From: Thermodesulfobacteriota bacterium
GTDB taxonomy: Bacteria > Desulfobacterota_D > UBA1144 > Nemesobacterales > UBA2774
Reading direction: 5' to 3'
Assembly: GCA_965223335.1 (NCBI GenBank)
Contig: OZ244991.1
Location: forward strand, 416,001-480,000
DNA length: 64,000 nucleotides
Shown here: positions 42,238 to 52,887 of the stretch, in pieces
How the letters are laid out: each line of letters opens with the position of its first letter
Numbering within the stretch: the stretch's first letter is position 1
The notes under the pieces: generated by a model
Databases searched by the model: none
Told to the model about the DNA's origin: nothing
What the model saw: the letters and a program-made list of their open reading frames with translations, nothing else
Translations under genes and position numbers: made by a program

Positions 42238-44013
42238 CTAATTATCGGACGTTGTATTTCGCACTACTTCTTCAATGGTTGTAACACCTTGTTTAAGCTT
42301 GTCGAGTGCACTCTGTCTGAGGGTTTTCATGCCTTGACGTATGGCTTCCCTCTTTATTTCCAGTGCCGATGCACCGCTTAGGACAAATTCTTTTAGTTCT
42401 TCGGTTATTTCCATTACTTCGTATACAGCCATCCTGCCCTTGTACCCGGTACCGGAGCATAACTTACACCCTTCCCCGACACCCTTATACACGATAAAGT
42501 CCGCTACCTCTTTGGGCGATACACCAAGGTCTATCAAAACCTGAGGGGATAGGTCCGTAACCTCTTCCTTACAGTCTGGGCAAACTACCCTCACAAGCCT
42601 CTGTGCGACCACAGAGTTCAGAGACGCAGTAACAAGGAAAGGTTCTACACCCATATTGAGCAGTCGTGTAATCGTCGAAGGGGCGTCATTGGTATGGAGC
42701 GTCGAGAGGACCAAGTGCCCTGTGAGCGCCGCTTTAATCGCTATCTCACCTGTCTCGTAATCCCTGATCTCACCAACGAGGATAATATCGGGGTCCTGCC
42801 TTAGAAACGACCTCAGAGCAGAGGCGAATGAGAGGCCAATCTCCTCGTGTATATGCACCTGGTTCACACCCGGCAGACTGTATTCTACAGGATCTTCTGC
42901 CGTGGAAATGTTTACATCTGCACGGTTAAGATCCATTAGGCTCGAATAAAGTGTTGTAGTTTTACCACTACCAGTCGGTCCTGTTATAAGCACCATACCA
43001 TAGGGCTGGTAAATTGAATTTCTAAATACCTTAAGTTGTTGATCTTCAAAACCCAGTTTGGTCAGATCGAGTTGCAATGATTCTTTATCAAGAACCCTCA
43101 TCACAACCTTTTCGCCAAAAATAGTCGGAACTACAGACACACGATACTCCATGGTCTTGTTCTGGGGCAATTTTACTTTAATTCGCCCGTCTTGCGGCAG
43201 TCTTCGTTCCGCAATGTCTAGGTTAGACATAACCTTAATCCTGGAACAAAGCGCGTTTTTAAGTTTTAGCGGCGGCCTCATTATATCGTAGAGAACACCG
43301 TCAATCCTAAACCTTATTCTAAGATCGGTCTCATAGGGTTCAATATGAATATCACTTGCACCCTTTCTTATAGAGTCCATAAGCACATGGTTGACTAGTT
43401 TGATGACCGGGGCTTCTTCAGACGCCTTTTCCAGATCGTTAATATCTACATCTTCATCGGTAGTGAGCTCAAGACTAAAGTCATCGAGATCACCCATAAG
43501 CTTGTCAACCTCAGCAGAAGTCTGACGGTCTTTTTCAGCGGTCTCCCATTCCTGTTGTGAGCCGTAATATTTCTCTATAGCATTTTTGATTGATCGCTCG
43601 GATGACACTACTACTTCAATGTTGTTACCGGTAGCAAACTTAAGATCATCCACAGCAAATATATTTGAGGGATCGCACATGGCCACCACCAACGTAGAGT
43701 TGGTTTTGTTGATTGGCATGAGCTTGTGCTTGGTTGCGGATTCCCTGGATACTGTCTTTAGAATATCGGGGGAAATATCCATCTGATCCAGGTTGATAGC
43801 CGGCACACCGTATTGTTTGCTCAAATACGCCACTAGCTGATTCTCATCAATGTAGCCAAGATTAAGCAGTGTCTCGCCAAGCCTCTTTCCTGTCTCTTTT
43901 TGTTCCTGTATCGCAGTCTTGAGCTGGTCGAGGTTTATAACATCCTCTTTAATAAGGATATCGCCCATTTTGGCGCTGACTCTTTCCTCTTTCATGTTGT
44001 TTCCTACGCTCAT
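42238..44013 (-). CDS. pilB: Type IV pilus extension ATPase
   Basis: ASDIHIEP, RRLPQDGR, Walker A, tetra-Cys motif; N-terminal MshEN-like repeats. Confidence 0.96.
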   Translation of the reverse strand: MSVGNNMKEERVSAKMGDILIKEDVINLDQLKTAIQEQKETGKRLGETLLNLGYIDENQLVAYLSKQYGVPAINLDQMDISPDILKTVSRESATKHKLMPINKTNSTLVVAMCDPSNIFAVDDLKFATGNNIEVVVSSERSIKNAIEKYYGSQQEWETAEKDRQTSAEVDKLMGDLDDFSLELTTDEDVDINDLEKASEEAPVIKLVNHVLMDSIRKGASDIHIEPYETDLRIRFRIDGVLYDIMRPPLKLKNALCSRIKVMSNLDIAERRLPQDGRIKVKLPQNKTMEYRVSVVPTIFGEKVVMRVLDKESLQLDLTKLGFEDQQLKVFRNSIYQPYGMVLITGPTGSGKTTTLYSSLMDLNRADVNISTAEDPVEYSLPGVNQVHIHEEIGLSFASALRSFLRQDPDIILVGEIRDYETGEIAIKAALTGHLVLSTLHTNDAPSTITRLLNMGVEPFLVTASLNSVVAQRLVRVVCPDCKEEVTDLSPQVLIDLGVSPKEVADFIVYKGVGEGCKLCSGTGYKGRMAVYEVMEITEELKEFVLSGASALEIKREAIRQGMKTLRQSALDKLKQGVTTIEEVVRNTTSDN

Positions 44014-44243
44014 CTTTTTATCCTAGTGGTCAATATTTGATTTTATAAGTTCCTTTTTTTGATTAAATTCAATATAAATTTAAGAAATAACTTTAAGTTC
44101 TCATCCTCCTAATTTAAACTGCAAGTTAAGTATGTCGCATATCTGGCATGATCATTTGAATTTTTTGACGACACCACATACAATTTAAACATATATCCAC
44201 AATGTAAGTCAATATTATCTCTCAATATGCTATTTTTAATATA

Positions 44244-44259
44244 GGCAATTACGATGCCA
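44244..44259 (-). promoter_or_regulatory. Sigma54 promoter of the pilB operon
   Basis: TGGCATCGTAATTGCC (GG-N10-GC). Confidence 0.75.
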
Positions 44260-44355
44260 ATTAGTCTATCTGTTTCAAAATAACATAAATTACTTCAATA
44301 ACACCGAATTCTAATTAATAAATCCTTAATATCCCCGTTCTCCGCACTGTATGGA

Positions 44356-44390
44356 TGACGATAATTGTTAGAAAACGACTTAATTTGTCA
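44356..44390. promoter_or_regulatory. Tandem TGAC-N7-GTCA-like activator sites
   Basis: TGACGATAATTGTTA (44356-70) and CGACTTAATTTGTCA (44376-90), 20 bp apart, about 100-130 bp upstream of the sigma54 promoter. Confidence 0.6.
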
Positions 44391-44562
44391 GTCGAATCTT
44401 ATATGACTCATTATATTTATTTACAGTAACGCTGTAAACTATTCCATCACCCTATACTGAATTATACATTATATCCGTAATATTATAACACCGAGTAAGT
44501 AAAATAGTGTAGTGTAAATATACGAAGCCCAAGTATTTTCACTCAGGTAAAATAAGTTTCTT

Positions 44563-45894
44563 ATGTCATCGGATTGCTACATAATTGTAATCGGCGGGGG
44601 TCTGGCCGGGTCAGAAGCTGCGTACCATGCTGCGGAGTATGGAGTTAGTGTTGTGTTGTACGAGATGAGACCCGCTACAAAAACCGAAGCGCACCGCACA
44701 GCTAATTTGGGCGAGCTCGTATGCAGCAACTCACTTAAATCCGACTCTACAGACAATGCCAGTGGCATCCTAAAACACGAGATGCGGGCCTTGAGGTCCC
44801 TTGTGTTAGAGGCCGCAGACCACAGCAAGGTCCCCGCAGGAAAAGCGCTTGCCGTGGACAGGTCCACATTCTCCCAATACATAACTAATAAGGTAAGGTC
44901 ACACCCGCGGATTCAAGTAATTGAACAAGAGATAACTCAAATCCCCGATGATCCCGGGGTTCCGTTTATCGTGGCGACAGGCCCATTAACATCGGCTGAG
45001 ATGACAGAATCTATTAAAAATCTGACCGGTTCTACGCACCTCTACTTCTATGACTCGATCTCCCCTATAATAGACGGCGATACGATAGACCACGACAAAG
45101 TGTTTACGGCCTCGCGTTACGGACGGGGGGACCAAGACGAGGGTGATTATATCAATTGCCCTCTTAACAAGGACCAGTACACAAAGTTAGTCACAGAGAT
45201 ACTCGATGCCGAGAAGATCGAGATAAGGGACTTTGAAAAAGGGATATACTTCGAGAGCTGTCTACCGATTGAGGTGATGATAGAGCGGGGTGTGGACACG
45301 CTTAGGTTCGGGCCCGCAAAACCCGTGGGGCTCGTAGACCCCGGGACCGGCCAAATGCCCTATGCCGTAATACAGCTTCGCAAAGAGAACCTAGAGGGCA
45401 CAATGTATAACATTGTCGGGTTTCAGACCAAGCTTAAATACCCCGAGCAAAAGAGGGTCTTTCGCATGATCCCGGGACTAGAGAGTGTGGAGATCATGCG
45501 CTACGGCAGTGTGCACAGAAACACATACATCAATTCCCCAAAACACCTGCTTCGCACATTACAGATGAAAAACAGACCGCACATATTTTTTGCCGGTCAA
45601 ATCACCGGAGTAGAGGGCTATGTAGAATCATCGGCCACAGGGATCGTAGCGGGTATAAATGCCGCCAAACTCGTAAAAGGCCACTCATTGTTTACACCCC
45701 CTCGGGATACAGCAGTAGGTGCACTGCTAAAGTACATTACCGATGAGACGATCAAAGACTTTCAGCCTATGAACATCAATTTCGGCCTCTTTCCTCCCCC
45801 CAATAAAAAAACATCCAAATCCAAACGCAGGGAGCTTATAGCCGAAAGAGCATTATCTCAATCCCAGGAATTCGTAAAAGCATTGGAGGGATAG
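44563..45894 (+). CDS. trmFO: Folate/FAD-dependent tRNA (uracil-54) methyltransferase
   Basis: GGGLAGSEAA, ELVCSNSL, GQITGVEGYVES. Confidence 0.96.
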   Translation: MSSDCYIIVIGGGLAGSEAAYHAAEYGVSVVLYEMRPATKTEAHRTANLGELVCSNSLKSDSTDNASGILKHEMRALRSLVLEAADHSKVPAGKALAVDRSTFSQYITNKVRSHPRIQVIEQEITQIPDDPGVPFIVATGPLTSAEMTESIKNLTGSTHLYFYDSISPIIDGDTIDHDKVFTASRYGRGDQDEGDYINCPLNKDQYTKLVTEILDAEKIEIRDFEKGIYFESCLPIEVMIERGVDTLRFGPAKPVGLVDPGTGQMPYAVIQLRKENLEGTMYNIVGFQTKLKYPEQKRVFRMIPGLESVEIMRYGSVHRNTYINSPKHLLRTLQMKNRPHIFFAGQITGVEGYVESSATGIVAGINAAKLVKGHSLFTPPRDTAVGALLKYITDETIKDFQPMNINFGLFPPPNKKTSKSKRRELIAERALSQSQEFVKALEG

Positions 45895-45978
45895 ACCATG
45901 TCTCAAAGAACCTGCATTCCCAAAATATATATATAATGGTATTATGTTCCCTCAATTTTATAGCCAAACGGGCACCCA

Positions 45979-46866
45979 ATGACTTATCAACAGCTAATAC
46001 TTAAACTACAAGAGTTCTGGGCAAAAAAAGGCTGTATAATCATGCAGCCCTACGATATCGAGAAAGGTGCGGGCACGTTCCACCCAGCCACTTTCCTTAG
46101 ATGCCTTGGGCCTGAGCCCTGGCACGTTGCCTACGTAGAGCCGTCCCGCCGGCCGACCGATGGTAGGTACGGAGAGAACCCAAACCGCCTGCAGCACTAC
46201 TATCAGTACCAAGTGATCATCAAACCCTCGCCGGTAGATATACAGGACCTCTATCTGGATAGTCTTCGCTATCTGGGCATAGACCCACTGGGCCACGACA
46301 TCCGGTTTGTGGAAGACGACTGGGAGTCACCGACACTGGGGGCTTGGGGGCTTGGATGGGAGGTGTGGCTTGACGGGATGGAAATCACACAGTTTACCTA
46401 CTTCCAACAGGCGGGGGGCATAGACCTAAAACCCGTCTCGGCCGAGATCACATACGGCACGGAGAGGATAGCAATGTACCTGCAAGGTGTAGAGAGTGTG
46501 TATGACCTGGAATGGACCCAGGGAATCACATACGGTGAGATTCACCTCCGAGATGAATACGAGTTTTCGACCTACAATTTCGAGCTCTCAACACCCGAGA
46601 TGCTGCGAGATACTTTCGAAAAATATGAAGCCGAATGCCAGAAGCTGGTCCGACACAACATGGCGCTTCCGGCATATGACTACTGTTTAAAATGCTCCCA
46701 CACCTTTAACCTGCTTGATGCCAGGGGGGCGATTGGTGTGACAGAGAGAGCAGCTTACATTGCTCGGGTACGCGCACTCGCTAAGCTTTGTGCCGAATCT
46801 TACCTAAACACGAGGGAGGAGTTGGGATTCCCGCTCCTAAAATCTAATCCATGGGAAAAGAGCTAG
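45979..46866 (+). CDS. glyQ: Glycyl-tRNA synthetase alpha subunit
   Basis: [26 protein letters not shown]. Confidence 0.98.
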   Translation: MTYQQLILKLQEFWAKKGCIIMQPYDIEKGAGTFHPATFLRCLGPEPWHVAYVEPSRRPTDGRYGENPNRLQHYYQYQVIIKPSPVDIQDLYLDSLRYLGIDPLGHDIRFVEDDWESPTLGAWGLGWEVWLDGMEITQFTYFQQAGGIDLKPVSAEITYGTERIAMYLQGVESVYDLEWTQGITYGEIHLRDEYEFSTYNFELSTPEMLRDTFEKYEAECQKLVRHNMALPAYDYCLKCSHTFNLLDARGAIGVTERAAYIARVRALAKLCAESYLNTREELGFPLLKSNPWEKS

Positions 46867-48938
46867 TATTTGAGATAGGGACCGAGGAGATCCCCGCAGG
46901 ATTCCTGAATTACGCAATAGAGGATCTGCACAGTATCACCGAGTCCGTTCTAAACGAAAACCTTTTGGACTTCTCCGACATATCCGCATTCGGTACACCA
47001 AGGAGGCTTGCATTACACGTTACAGAGCTCGCTGAAAAGCAGAGTGACGAGACCCAGGAAATATTCGGCCCTCCCACAAGGATCGCCTTTGATCAAGACG
47101 GCAACCCCACAAAGGCCGCACTCGGTTTTGCAAAATCACAGGGTGTCCCGTGGGACCAGATAAAACGCATTAAGAGGGATAAGGGAGAGTTCTTAGCAGT
47201 AGTGAAAAAGCAAAAAGGACAGAAGACCCAAAAACTACTCCCCGACTTATTAAAAAAAATTACACTTTCTATTCCCTTTAGAAAGTCTATGAAATGGGGG
47301 AGCGGAGACACTCCGTTTGTAAGACCCATTAGATGGCTGCTCGCCACCTACGGGGGCAAAACAGTTAGCTTCTCCATCGAAGAGGTAAGGAGCTCCAACA
47401 AAAGCCGGGGGCACAGGTTCCTCTACCCAAAGCCGTTTAAGACGAGCAGTTGGGAAGACTACGCTCAGGAACTCGTCAAGAGAAACATAATGCTCGATCA
47501 AAACGAGAGAATGCGGTTCATCGAGACTAATATAGAGAAAGAATCCGGTAAATACAGAGGTCACATCGAACGAGACCCCGACCTCCTAGAGACTGTTACC
47601 AACCTGGTCGAGTACCCTGTGGTGCTGAGCGGGGGGTTTGAACCCGAGTTTTTAGAGCTCCCCAAAGAGGTCCTAGTGAGTGTTATGAAAAACCATCAAA
47701 AGTACTTCCCTCTATATAGCAACGACTCTTATGATCAATTGCTTGCCAACTTTGTATTCGTCTCCGGCACCCCTGTCGATGAGAGCTCGATAGTTATAAA
47801 AGGTAACGAGCGTGTTATACGTGCGCGGTTTAGTGACGCTAGGTTTTTCTACCATGAGGACAGGGCACAAAAGTTGGAATCCAAGCTCGAAGAACTAAAG
47901 GGGATGGTGTTCTTATCGGGCTTCGGAACTTACTATGACAAATCCCAGAGGCTAGGTGCCATAGCCGAGCGGCTGGCAGCTGAACTCGGAATGGACCGAG
48001 AATCCAAAGACATAAAAAGAGCGGCATACCTCTGCAAAGCAGACCTCTCTACTCAGATGGTGTTCGAGTTCCCAGAGCTCGAGGGAGTCATGGGCAGATA
48101 CTATGCACTTGCGTCGGGTGAGAATGAGAACATTGCCAATGCAATTTACGAACACTACATGCCTACCGCGCGTGAAGGCGAGCTGCCCGGCTCGGACTCG
48201 GGTGCTGTGGTGAGTTTGGCGGATAAATTCGATAACATCGCCACATGTTTCGCCGCTGGTTTATTACCCACTGGTACACAAGACCCCTATGCGCTTAGAA
48301 GGCAGGCCATAGGTATCATAAACATAGCGCTCGATAAAGAGTACCGACTCAATATTCCGTGGATTGTAAAAACGTGTTTGGACCTCGTATGGCAGAACCA
48401 TAAAGAGAGTGCAAAGGAACCGGTTGATAACATAGCAGCTCAGATAAATGATTTTATTACCGACAGATTTAGGAATCTGATGACCACCCAGGGATATGCA
48501 CAGGATGTGGTAGAGGCCATTTTATCCTGCGACTCTACCGACCTCGTTGATGCCAGAGACAAAATCATAGCCTTAACCAGTTTTAAAGGTGAAGAGGATT
48601 TCGAGCCCCTTGCAGTAGCTTTCAAACGCGTAGTCAATATAGTGAAGAACGAAGAATGCCATAAAACCCAAGAGCAGCTATTTAAAGAGACCATCGAAAA
48701 AGAGCTTTACCAAGCCCTAAAAAATACCCGTGATTCAGTCACACAACTGATCGAAGACAAAAACTATTCAGAATCCCTAACCGCCATGCGCGAGCTAAAA
48801 GAGCCGGTAGATAGGTTCTTTGATAACATATTAGTTATGGACAAAGACCCCCAAATCAAACAAAACCGCCTGGCACTGCTTTGGGAAATCCGAGATGTGT
48901 TCTTTAATATTGCCGACTTCTCAAAACTAAGCACATAG
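46851..48938 (+). CDS. glyS: Glycyl-tRNA synthetase beta subunit
   Basis: [25 protein letters not shown] tail. Confidence 0.97.
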   Translation: MGKELVFEIGTEEIPAGFLNYAIEDLHSITESVLNENLLDFSDISAFGTPRRLALHVTELAEKQSDETQEIFGPPTRIAFDQDGNPTKAALGFAKSQGVPWDQIKRIKRDKGEFLAVVKKQKGQKTQKLLPDLLKKITLSIPFRKSMKWGSGDTPFVRPIRWLLATYGGKTVSFSIEEVRSSNKSRGHRFLYPKPFKTSSWEDYAQELVKRNIMLDQNERMRFIETNIEKESGKYRGHIERDPDLLETVTNLVEYPVVLSGGFEPEFLELPKEVLVSVMKNHQKYFPLYSNDSYDQLLANFVFVSGTPVDESSIVIKGNERVIRARFSDARFFYHEDRAQKLESKLEELKGMVFLSGFGTYYDKSQRLGAIAERLAAELGMDRESKDIKRAAYLCKADLSTQMVFEFPELEGVMGRYYALASGENENIANAIYEHYMPTAREGELPGSDSGAVVSLADKFDNIATCFAAGLLPTGTQDPYALRRQAIGIINIALDKEYRLNIPWIVKTCLDLVWQNHKESAKEPVDNIAAQINDFITDRFRNLMTTQGYAQDVVEAILSCDSTDLVDARDKIIALTSFKGEEDFEPLAVAFKRVVNIVKNEECHKTQEQLFKETIEKELYQALKNTRDSVTQLIEDKNYSESLTAMRELKEPVDRFFDNILVMDKDPQIKQNRLALLWEIRDVFFNIADFSKLST

Positions 48939-48943
48939 CTGTC

Positions 48944-50500
48944 TTAATTCGCGAAGGCAGTCGACCTTACTTCCCTTATCACGGTTATCTTTACATGCCC
49001 CGGATAGGCAACCTCTTTTTCAATCTTCTGAGCTATCTCGTGTGATAAGAGCGCTCCTTCTTCGTCGTTTACCTTAGAGCTCTCTACTATCACACGGACC
49101 TCGCGGCCGGCCTGAATGGCATAGCATTTCTCAACCCCCCTAAACGAGCTTGCTATGCTCTCAATACCCTCAATTCGCTTAGCATAGGCCTCATAGGTCT
49201 CACGTCTTGCCCCGGGACGTGCAGCGGATATAGCATCCGCAGCCTGCACAAGTATAGCGAGCAACGATTGAGGGCTCGGGTCGTGGGCGAGTGCTACAGC
49301 TTCGATCACCTGCTCAGGCTCACCGTACTTTCGCACCAGCTCCTCGCCGATCTCTACGTGTGAACCCTCCACCTCGTGGTCAACAGCTTTTCCTATATCA
49401 TGGAGCAGTCCTCCGCGTTTGGCCAGCTTTACATCGTAGCCTATCTCTGCAGCTAGTATCCCTGCAATGAACGCTACCTCTATAGAGTGGCTCAGTATGT
49501 TTTGGGAATAGCTGGTACGGTACTTGAGTTTTCCAACTAGTTTAACCAGATCTGGGTGCATACTGGCCACGCCCAGATCAAACAATGCTTCTTCCCCCGC
49601 GGTCTGGATCTCTTTATCGATCTGTGCCTCGACCTCTTCCACTATCTCTTCGATCCTGGCGGGGTGGATTCTGCCGTCGTCAATAAGCTTCTCCATAGAG
49701 ATTCTTGCAACCTCGCGGCGGATTGGGTTTAGTGACGAGACCACAACCGTCTCGGGGGTGTCGTCAATTATAATATCGACACCTGTTCTCGCTTCGAGTG
49801 ACCTGATGTTTCTGCCCTCGCGCCCTATTATGCGCCCCTTCATATCGTCATTGGGAAGGTTAACTACGGAAATTGTTTTTTCGCTTGTGTATTCACCCGC
49901 GTACTTCTGGATTGCAAGTGCGATAATCTCTTTAGCTTTACGCTCAGCCGCATCATGGGTCTGCTCTTCTAGCTGTTTTAGTTTTTTGGCTGCTTCGTGT
50001 CGGGCCTCGTCTTCAATAATATTAACAAGCTCGTTCTTAGCGGCCTCTTGCGTCATCCCTGCGATATCCTCTATCTTCTTTTTAGCTTCCACAACCACTA
50101 CATCGAGCTCTTTTTGCTTCTCGGCTAAAGTCGTTTCCAGAGCATCAATCTCCTTCTCTCTTTTCTCCACCTCTCTTTGCTTCTGTTCGAAAGTCTCGTA
50201 TTTTTTATCGAGAGTCTCCTCTCTTTTGCTTATCTTCTTTTCTATCTTAGAGATCTCTCTTTGTTTCTCACGGTAAGTGTTTTCTATCTCGTTTGTTCTT
50301 TTCTCAACTATCTCTTTAGCCTTTAACTCCCCCTGCATCTTAATCTTATCGGCTTCCTTATTTGCAGAATCAAGAATCACCTCTGCTTTATCTTTGTTTT
50401 CACCAATTTTATTTTTAAGTTGCATATAGTGATAGAGATAATGAACTGCGAATCCCACTACAAAAGCAGCTACTGCCGCTACTACTAACCACAAATTCAT
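48944..50500 (-). CDS. rny: Ribonuclease Y
   Basis: N-terminal TM, coiled coil, KH (GRIIGREGRN), HD (LLHDIGK). Confidence 0.97.
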   Translation of the reverse strand: MNLWLVVAAVAAFVVGFAVHYLYHYMQLKNKIGENKDKAEVILDSANKEADKIKMQGELKAKEIVEKRTNEIENTYREKQREISKIEKKISKREETLDKKYETFEQKQREVEKREKEIDALETTLAEKQKELDVVVVEAKKKIEDIAGMTQEAAKNELVNIIEDEARHEAAKKLKQLEEQTHDAAERKAKEIIALAIQKYAGEYTSEKTISVVNLPNDDMKGRIIGREGRNIRSLEARTGVDIIIDDTPETVVVSSLNPIRREVARISMEKLIDDGRIHPARIEEIVEEVEAQIDKEIQTAGEEALFDLGVASMHPDLVKLVGKLKYRTSYSQNILSHSIEVAFIAGILAAEIGYDVKLAKRGGLLHDIGKAVDHEVEGSHVEIGEELVRKYGEPEQVIEAVALAHDPSPQSLLAILVQAADAISAARPGARRETYEAYAKRIEGIESIASSFRGVEKCYAIQAGREVRVIVESSKVNDEEGALLSHEIAQKIEKEVAYPGHVKITVIREVRSTAFAN

Positions 50501-50519
50501 GATAATGCCCCCCTATAAT

Positions 50520-51080
50520 TTAGCTGCACTCCAGTACTCCTCCCTCAGTGATTATTGTTCCCATCCTAACATCCCATTTATCTACTGGTATATGGTCAAG
50601 CACCTGGAGTGAAAAACAGAGCCCAAAAATCCGCTCCCTGGCCACTCCACTCAGTGCTGTGTCATAGTAACCCTTGCCGTAACCTATACGGGCACCGGTG
50701 CGATCAAAACCTACACCCGGGACTATAAATAGATCGATCTCCCGAGTATCCACCAGTTCACAACTACTGTCGGGCTCGGGGATAGAGTATTTCCCGGGTC
50801 TTAGTTGGACCAGATCATTTACCCTGCGAAACTCAAGGCCCCTCGATGTAACAGATGGATAATAGATATGCTTGCCCATGTCCCGAGCACTTTTGAATAG
50901 AGAAGTGGTACCGACCTCGTTACGCACGGCACTATAGAGTGCTATTGACCTAGCCTCGATAAAACTCGATCTCACCACTAGGTGTTGGGTAATATTCTGG
51001 CTTAGTTGGGAAACATCTTGGGTAGATAAATCTAACCTTTTTTGTAACAGTAAGGACCGTAATTTAGTTTTATACTCTAA
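50520..51080 (-). CDS. ygfA: 5-formyltetrahydrofolate cyclo-ligase (start uncertain)
   Basis: KTKLR, IVPGVGFD, RIGYGKGYYD; no in-frame ATG/GTG/TTG between the zapA stop and the conserved N-terminus. Confidence 0.88.
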   Translation of the reverse strand, partial: LEYKTKLRSLLLQKRLDLSTQDVSQLSQNITQHLVVRSSFIEARSIALYSAVRNEVGTTSLFKSARDMGKHIYYPSVTSRGLEFRRVNDLVQLRPGKYSIPEPDSSCELVDTREIDLFIVPGVGFDRTGARIGYGKGYYDTALSGVARERIFGLCFSLQVLDHIPVDKWDVRMGTIITEGGVLECS

Positions 51081-51135
51081 ACTCTCAACTCCCTCAAATT
51101 CATCTACAGAGAGAACTCGACCACTTACATCCTCA

Positions 51136-51492
51136 TCATCTAAATGTATCTTCCCACTTTTCTTTTCCGATCTCGTCTCTGTTAACGCGCTCTCCGAGTT
51201 GAAAACTATCCGCCTCGTTGAGGGAGGAATCCAATATCTCAACCAATCGTTTTGATCTCTTATCAGCACTGTCTTTATATTCCTCGAAATCACCTATTAA
51301 TCTGAAGTAGTCGTCGGCAATCTTAAACATGGTAAGCAGCAATGAGCTCGGTACGACAACGGGTCCTTCCCTCTTGGATATCTCTTTTACCTTTTCCTCA
51401 ATATATTGAACTATGCGTTCTACATATTGATCATCGGCATCAGTTTTAATGAAATACTCATTATTCATAAAATTAATTTTTACGCGTCTCAT
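51136..51492 (-). CDS. zapA: Cell division protein ZapA
   Basis: VKINFMNNEY....YVERIVQYIEEKV...IADDY; zapB-zapA-ygfA-rny synteny. Confidence 0.85.
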   Translation of the reverse strand: MRRVKINFMNNEYFIKTDADDQYVERIVQYIEEKVKEISKREGPVVVPSSLLLTMFKIADDYFRLIGDFEEYKDSADKRSKRLVEILDSSLNEADSFQLGERVNRDEIGKEKWEDTFR

Positions 51493-51493
51493 T

Positions 51494-51703
51494 TTACGCC
51501 TCTGACCTGCTCAGATAGATTTCTACCTTCTCTATAACACTCTGAAGCTTCGTTTTAATGTCTTCGCGTTCTTTTTCAAGATTCTTCACACTGTCGCGAA
51601 GCTTCTGTACTTCATCCAAAAGGTTCTTATGCTCAGACTCGAGCTTGGTCTTTCTGGATAATGCTTCTTTGATTTTTCCTTCAAGAATATCCATTGTTTC
51701 CAT
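51494..51703 (-). CDS. zapB: ZapB-like coiled-coil protein
   Basis: 69-aa coiled coil directly upstream of zapA. Confidence 0.7.
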   Translation of the reverse strand: METMDILEGKIKEALSRKTKLESEHKNLLDEVQKLRDSVKNLEKEREDIKTKLQSVIEKVEIYLSRSEA

Positions 51704-51771
51704 TGTCTTAATAAGACAAGTTTAATCTTATCTTGAATTTTTTGCAAGTTATGTGAACATAATAATTCAAA

Positions 51772-52842
51772 ATGGCAGATACCAGTATGTTAAGACGGCT
51801 TGACGAAGTCGAGAAAAAATATCAGGATATCGAAAAACTACTGAGTAACCCCGATATCACACCCGGCGATATTCATAAGTACTCCAAGGAGCGATCCGAC
51901 CTTGACGAGATAGTGGAAACGTACCGAGAATACAAAAAAATTTCGCAGGACATCGAGAACAATAAATCGCTATTAAGCGACAAGGAGCTCGGGGACCTGG
52001 CTAAAGAAGAGCTTGAGCAGCTAGGCGGTAAACTCGAGGAGATCGAGGGGAAACTAAGGCTACTCCTCTTACCCAAGGATCCAAATGACGCTAAAAACGT
52101 ATTTATCGAAGTTAGGGCCGGTACTGGAGGAGATGAAGCAGCACTCTTTGCAGCAGACCTCTTTAGGATGTACACGCGTTTTGCGGAGCGCAAACGGTGG
52201 AAAGTAGAGATTATAAATATAAACGAGACCGGAATCGGGGGGCTTAAAGAGGTAATCGCCGCCATTGAGGGAAAAAACGTATACAGCAATCTAAAATACG
52301 AGAGCGGGGTGCATAGGGTACAGAGAATCCCATCGACAGAGACCGGTGGGCGAATACACACATCTACCGCAACCGTGGCCATATTGGCCGAACCCGACGA
52401 CGTTGAGATCACAATCGACGAAAAAGACCTTAAAATCGATACATACAGGGCATCGGGCCCGGGTGGTCAGCACGTTAACAAGACCGACTCTGCAATAAGG
52501 ATCACTCACCTGCCCACAAACATCGTGGTCCAATGCCAAGACGAAAGGTCACAGCACAAAAACAGGGCACATGCCATGAGGATGCTACGTGTAAAGCTAT
52601 ACGAGATCGAGGAAGAAAAGCAGGAGAGCGAGATCGCCAGCGCCCGCAAGAGCCAGGTCGGAAGCGGTGAGCGCAGCGAAAAGATCAGGACCTATAACTT
52701 TCCGCAGGGCAGAATCACCGACCACCGCATCGGGCTTACCGTACACAAGATCGACGCATTCCTAGACGGCGAACTCGACGATATGATAGAAGCACTTAGA
52801 ACCTACTACCAAGCCGAAAGCCTTAAGAACCTATCTAATTAA
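51772..52842 (+). CDS. prfA: Peptide chain release factor 1
   Basis: [14 protein letters not shown] (PxT) motif, GGQ, RTYNFPQ. Confidence 0.97.
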   Translation: MADTSMLRRLDEVEKKYQDIEKLLSNPDITPGDIHKYSKERSDLDEIVETYREYKKISQDIENNKSLLSDKELGDLAKEELEQLGGKLEEIEGKLRLLLLPKDPNDAKNVFIEVRAGTGGDEAALFAADLFRMYTRFAERKRWKVEIININETGIGGLKEVIAAIEGKNVYSNLKYESGVHRVQRIPSTETGGRIHTSTATVAILAEPDDVEITIDEKDLKIDTYRASGPGGQHVNKTDSAIRITHLPTNIVVQCQDERSQHKNRAHAMRMLRVKLYEIEEEKQESEIASARKSQVGSGERSEKIRTYNFPQGRITDHRIGLTVHKIDAFLDGELDDMIEALRTYYQAESLKNLSN

Positions 52843-52887
52843 GCTTTTATTTTGATTTTAATACCGAACACACATAATATATAGGCT

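Noticed and set aside
44043..44096. TTA-initiated 17-aa peptide in the pilB leader
   Set aside because: No canonical start, and easily a chance ORF in very AT-rich DNA
44144..44160. TGGCATGATCATTTGA on the + strand
   Set aside because: Lacks the -12 GC dinucleotide
49524..50276. 250-aa + strand Ser-rich ORF
   Set aside because: Antisense shadow of the rny coiled-coil region
51081..51293. N-terminal extension of 5-FCL in the ORF track
   Set aside because: Overlaps zapA by 158 nt and shows no family similarity
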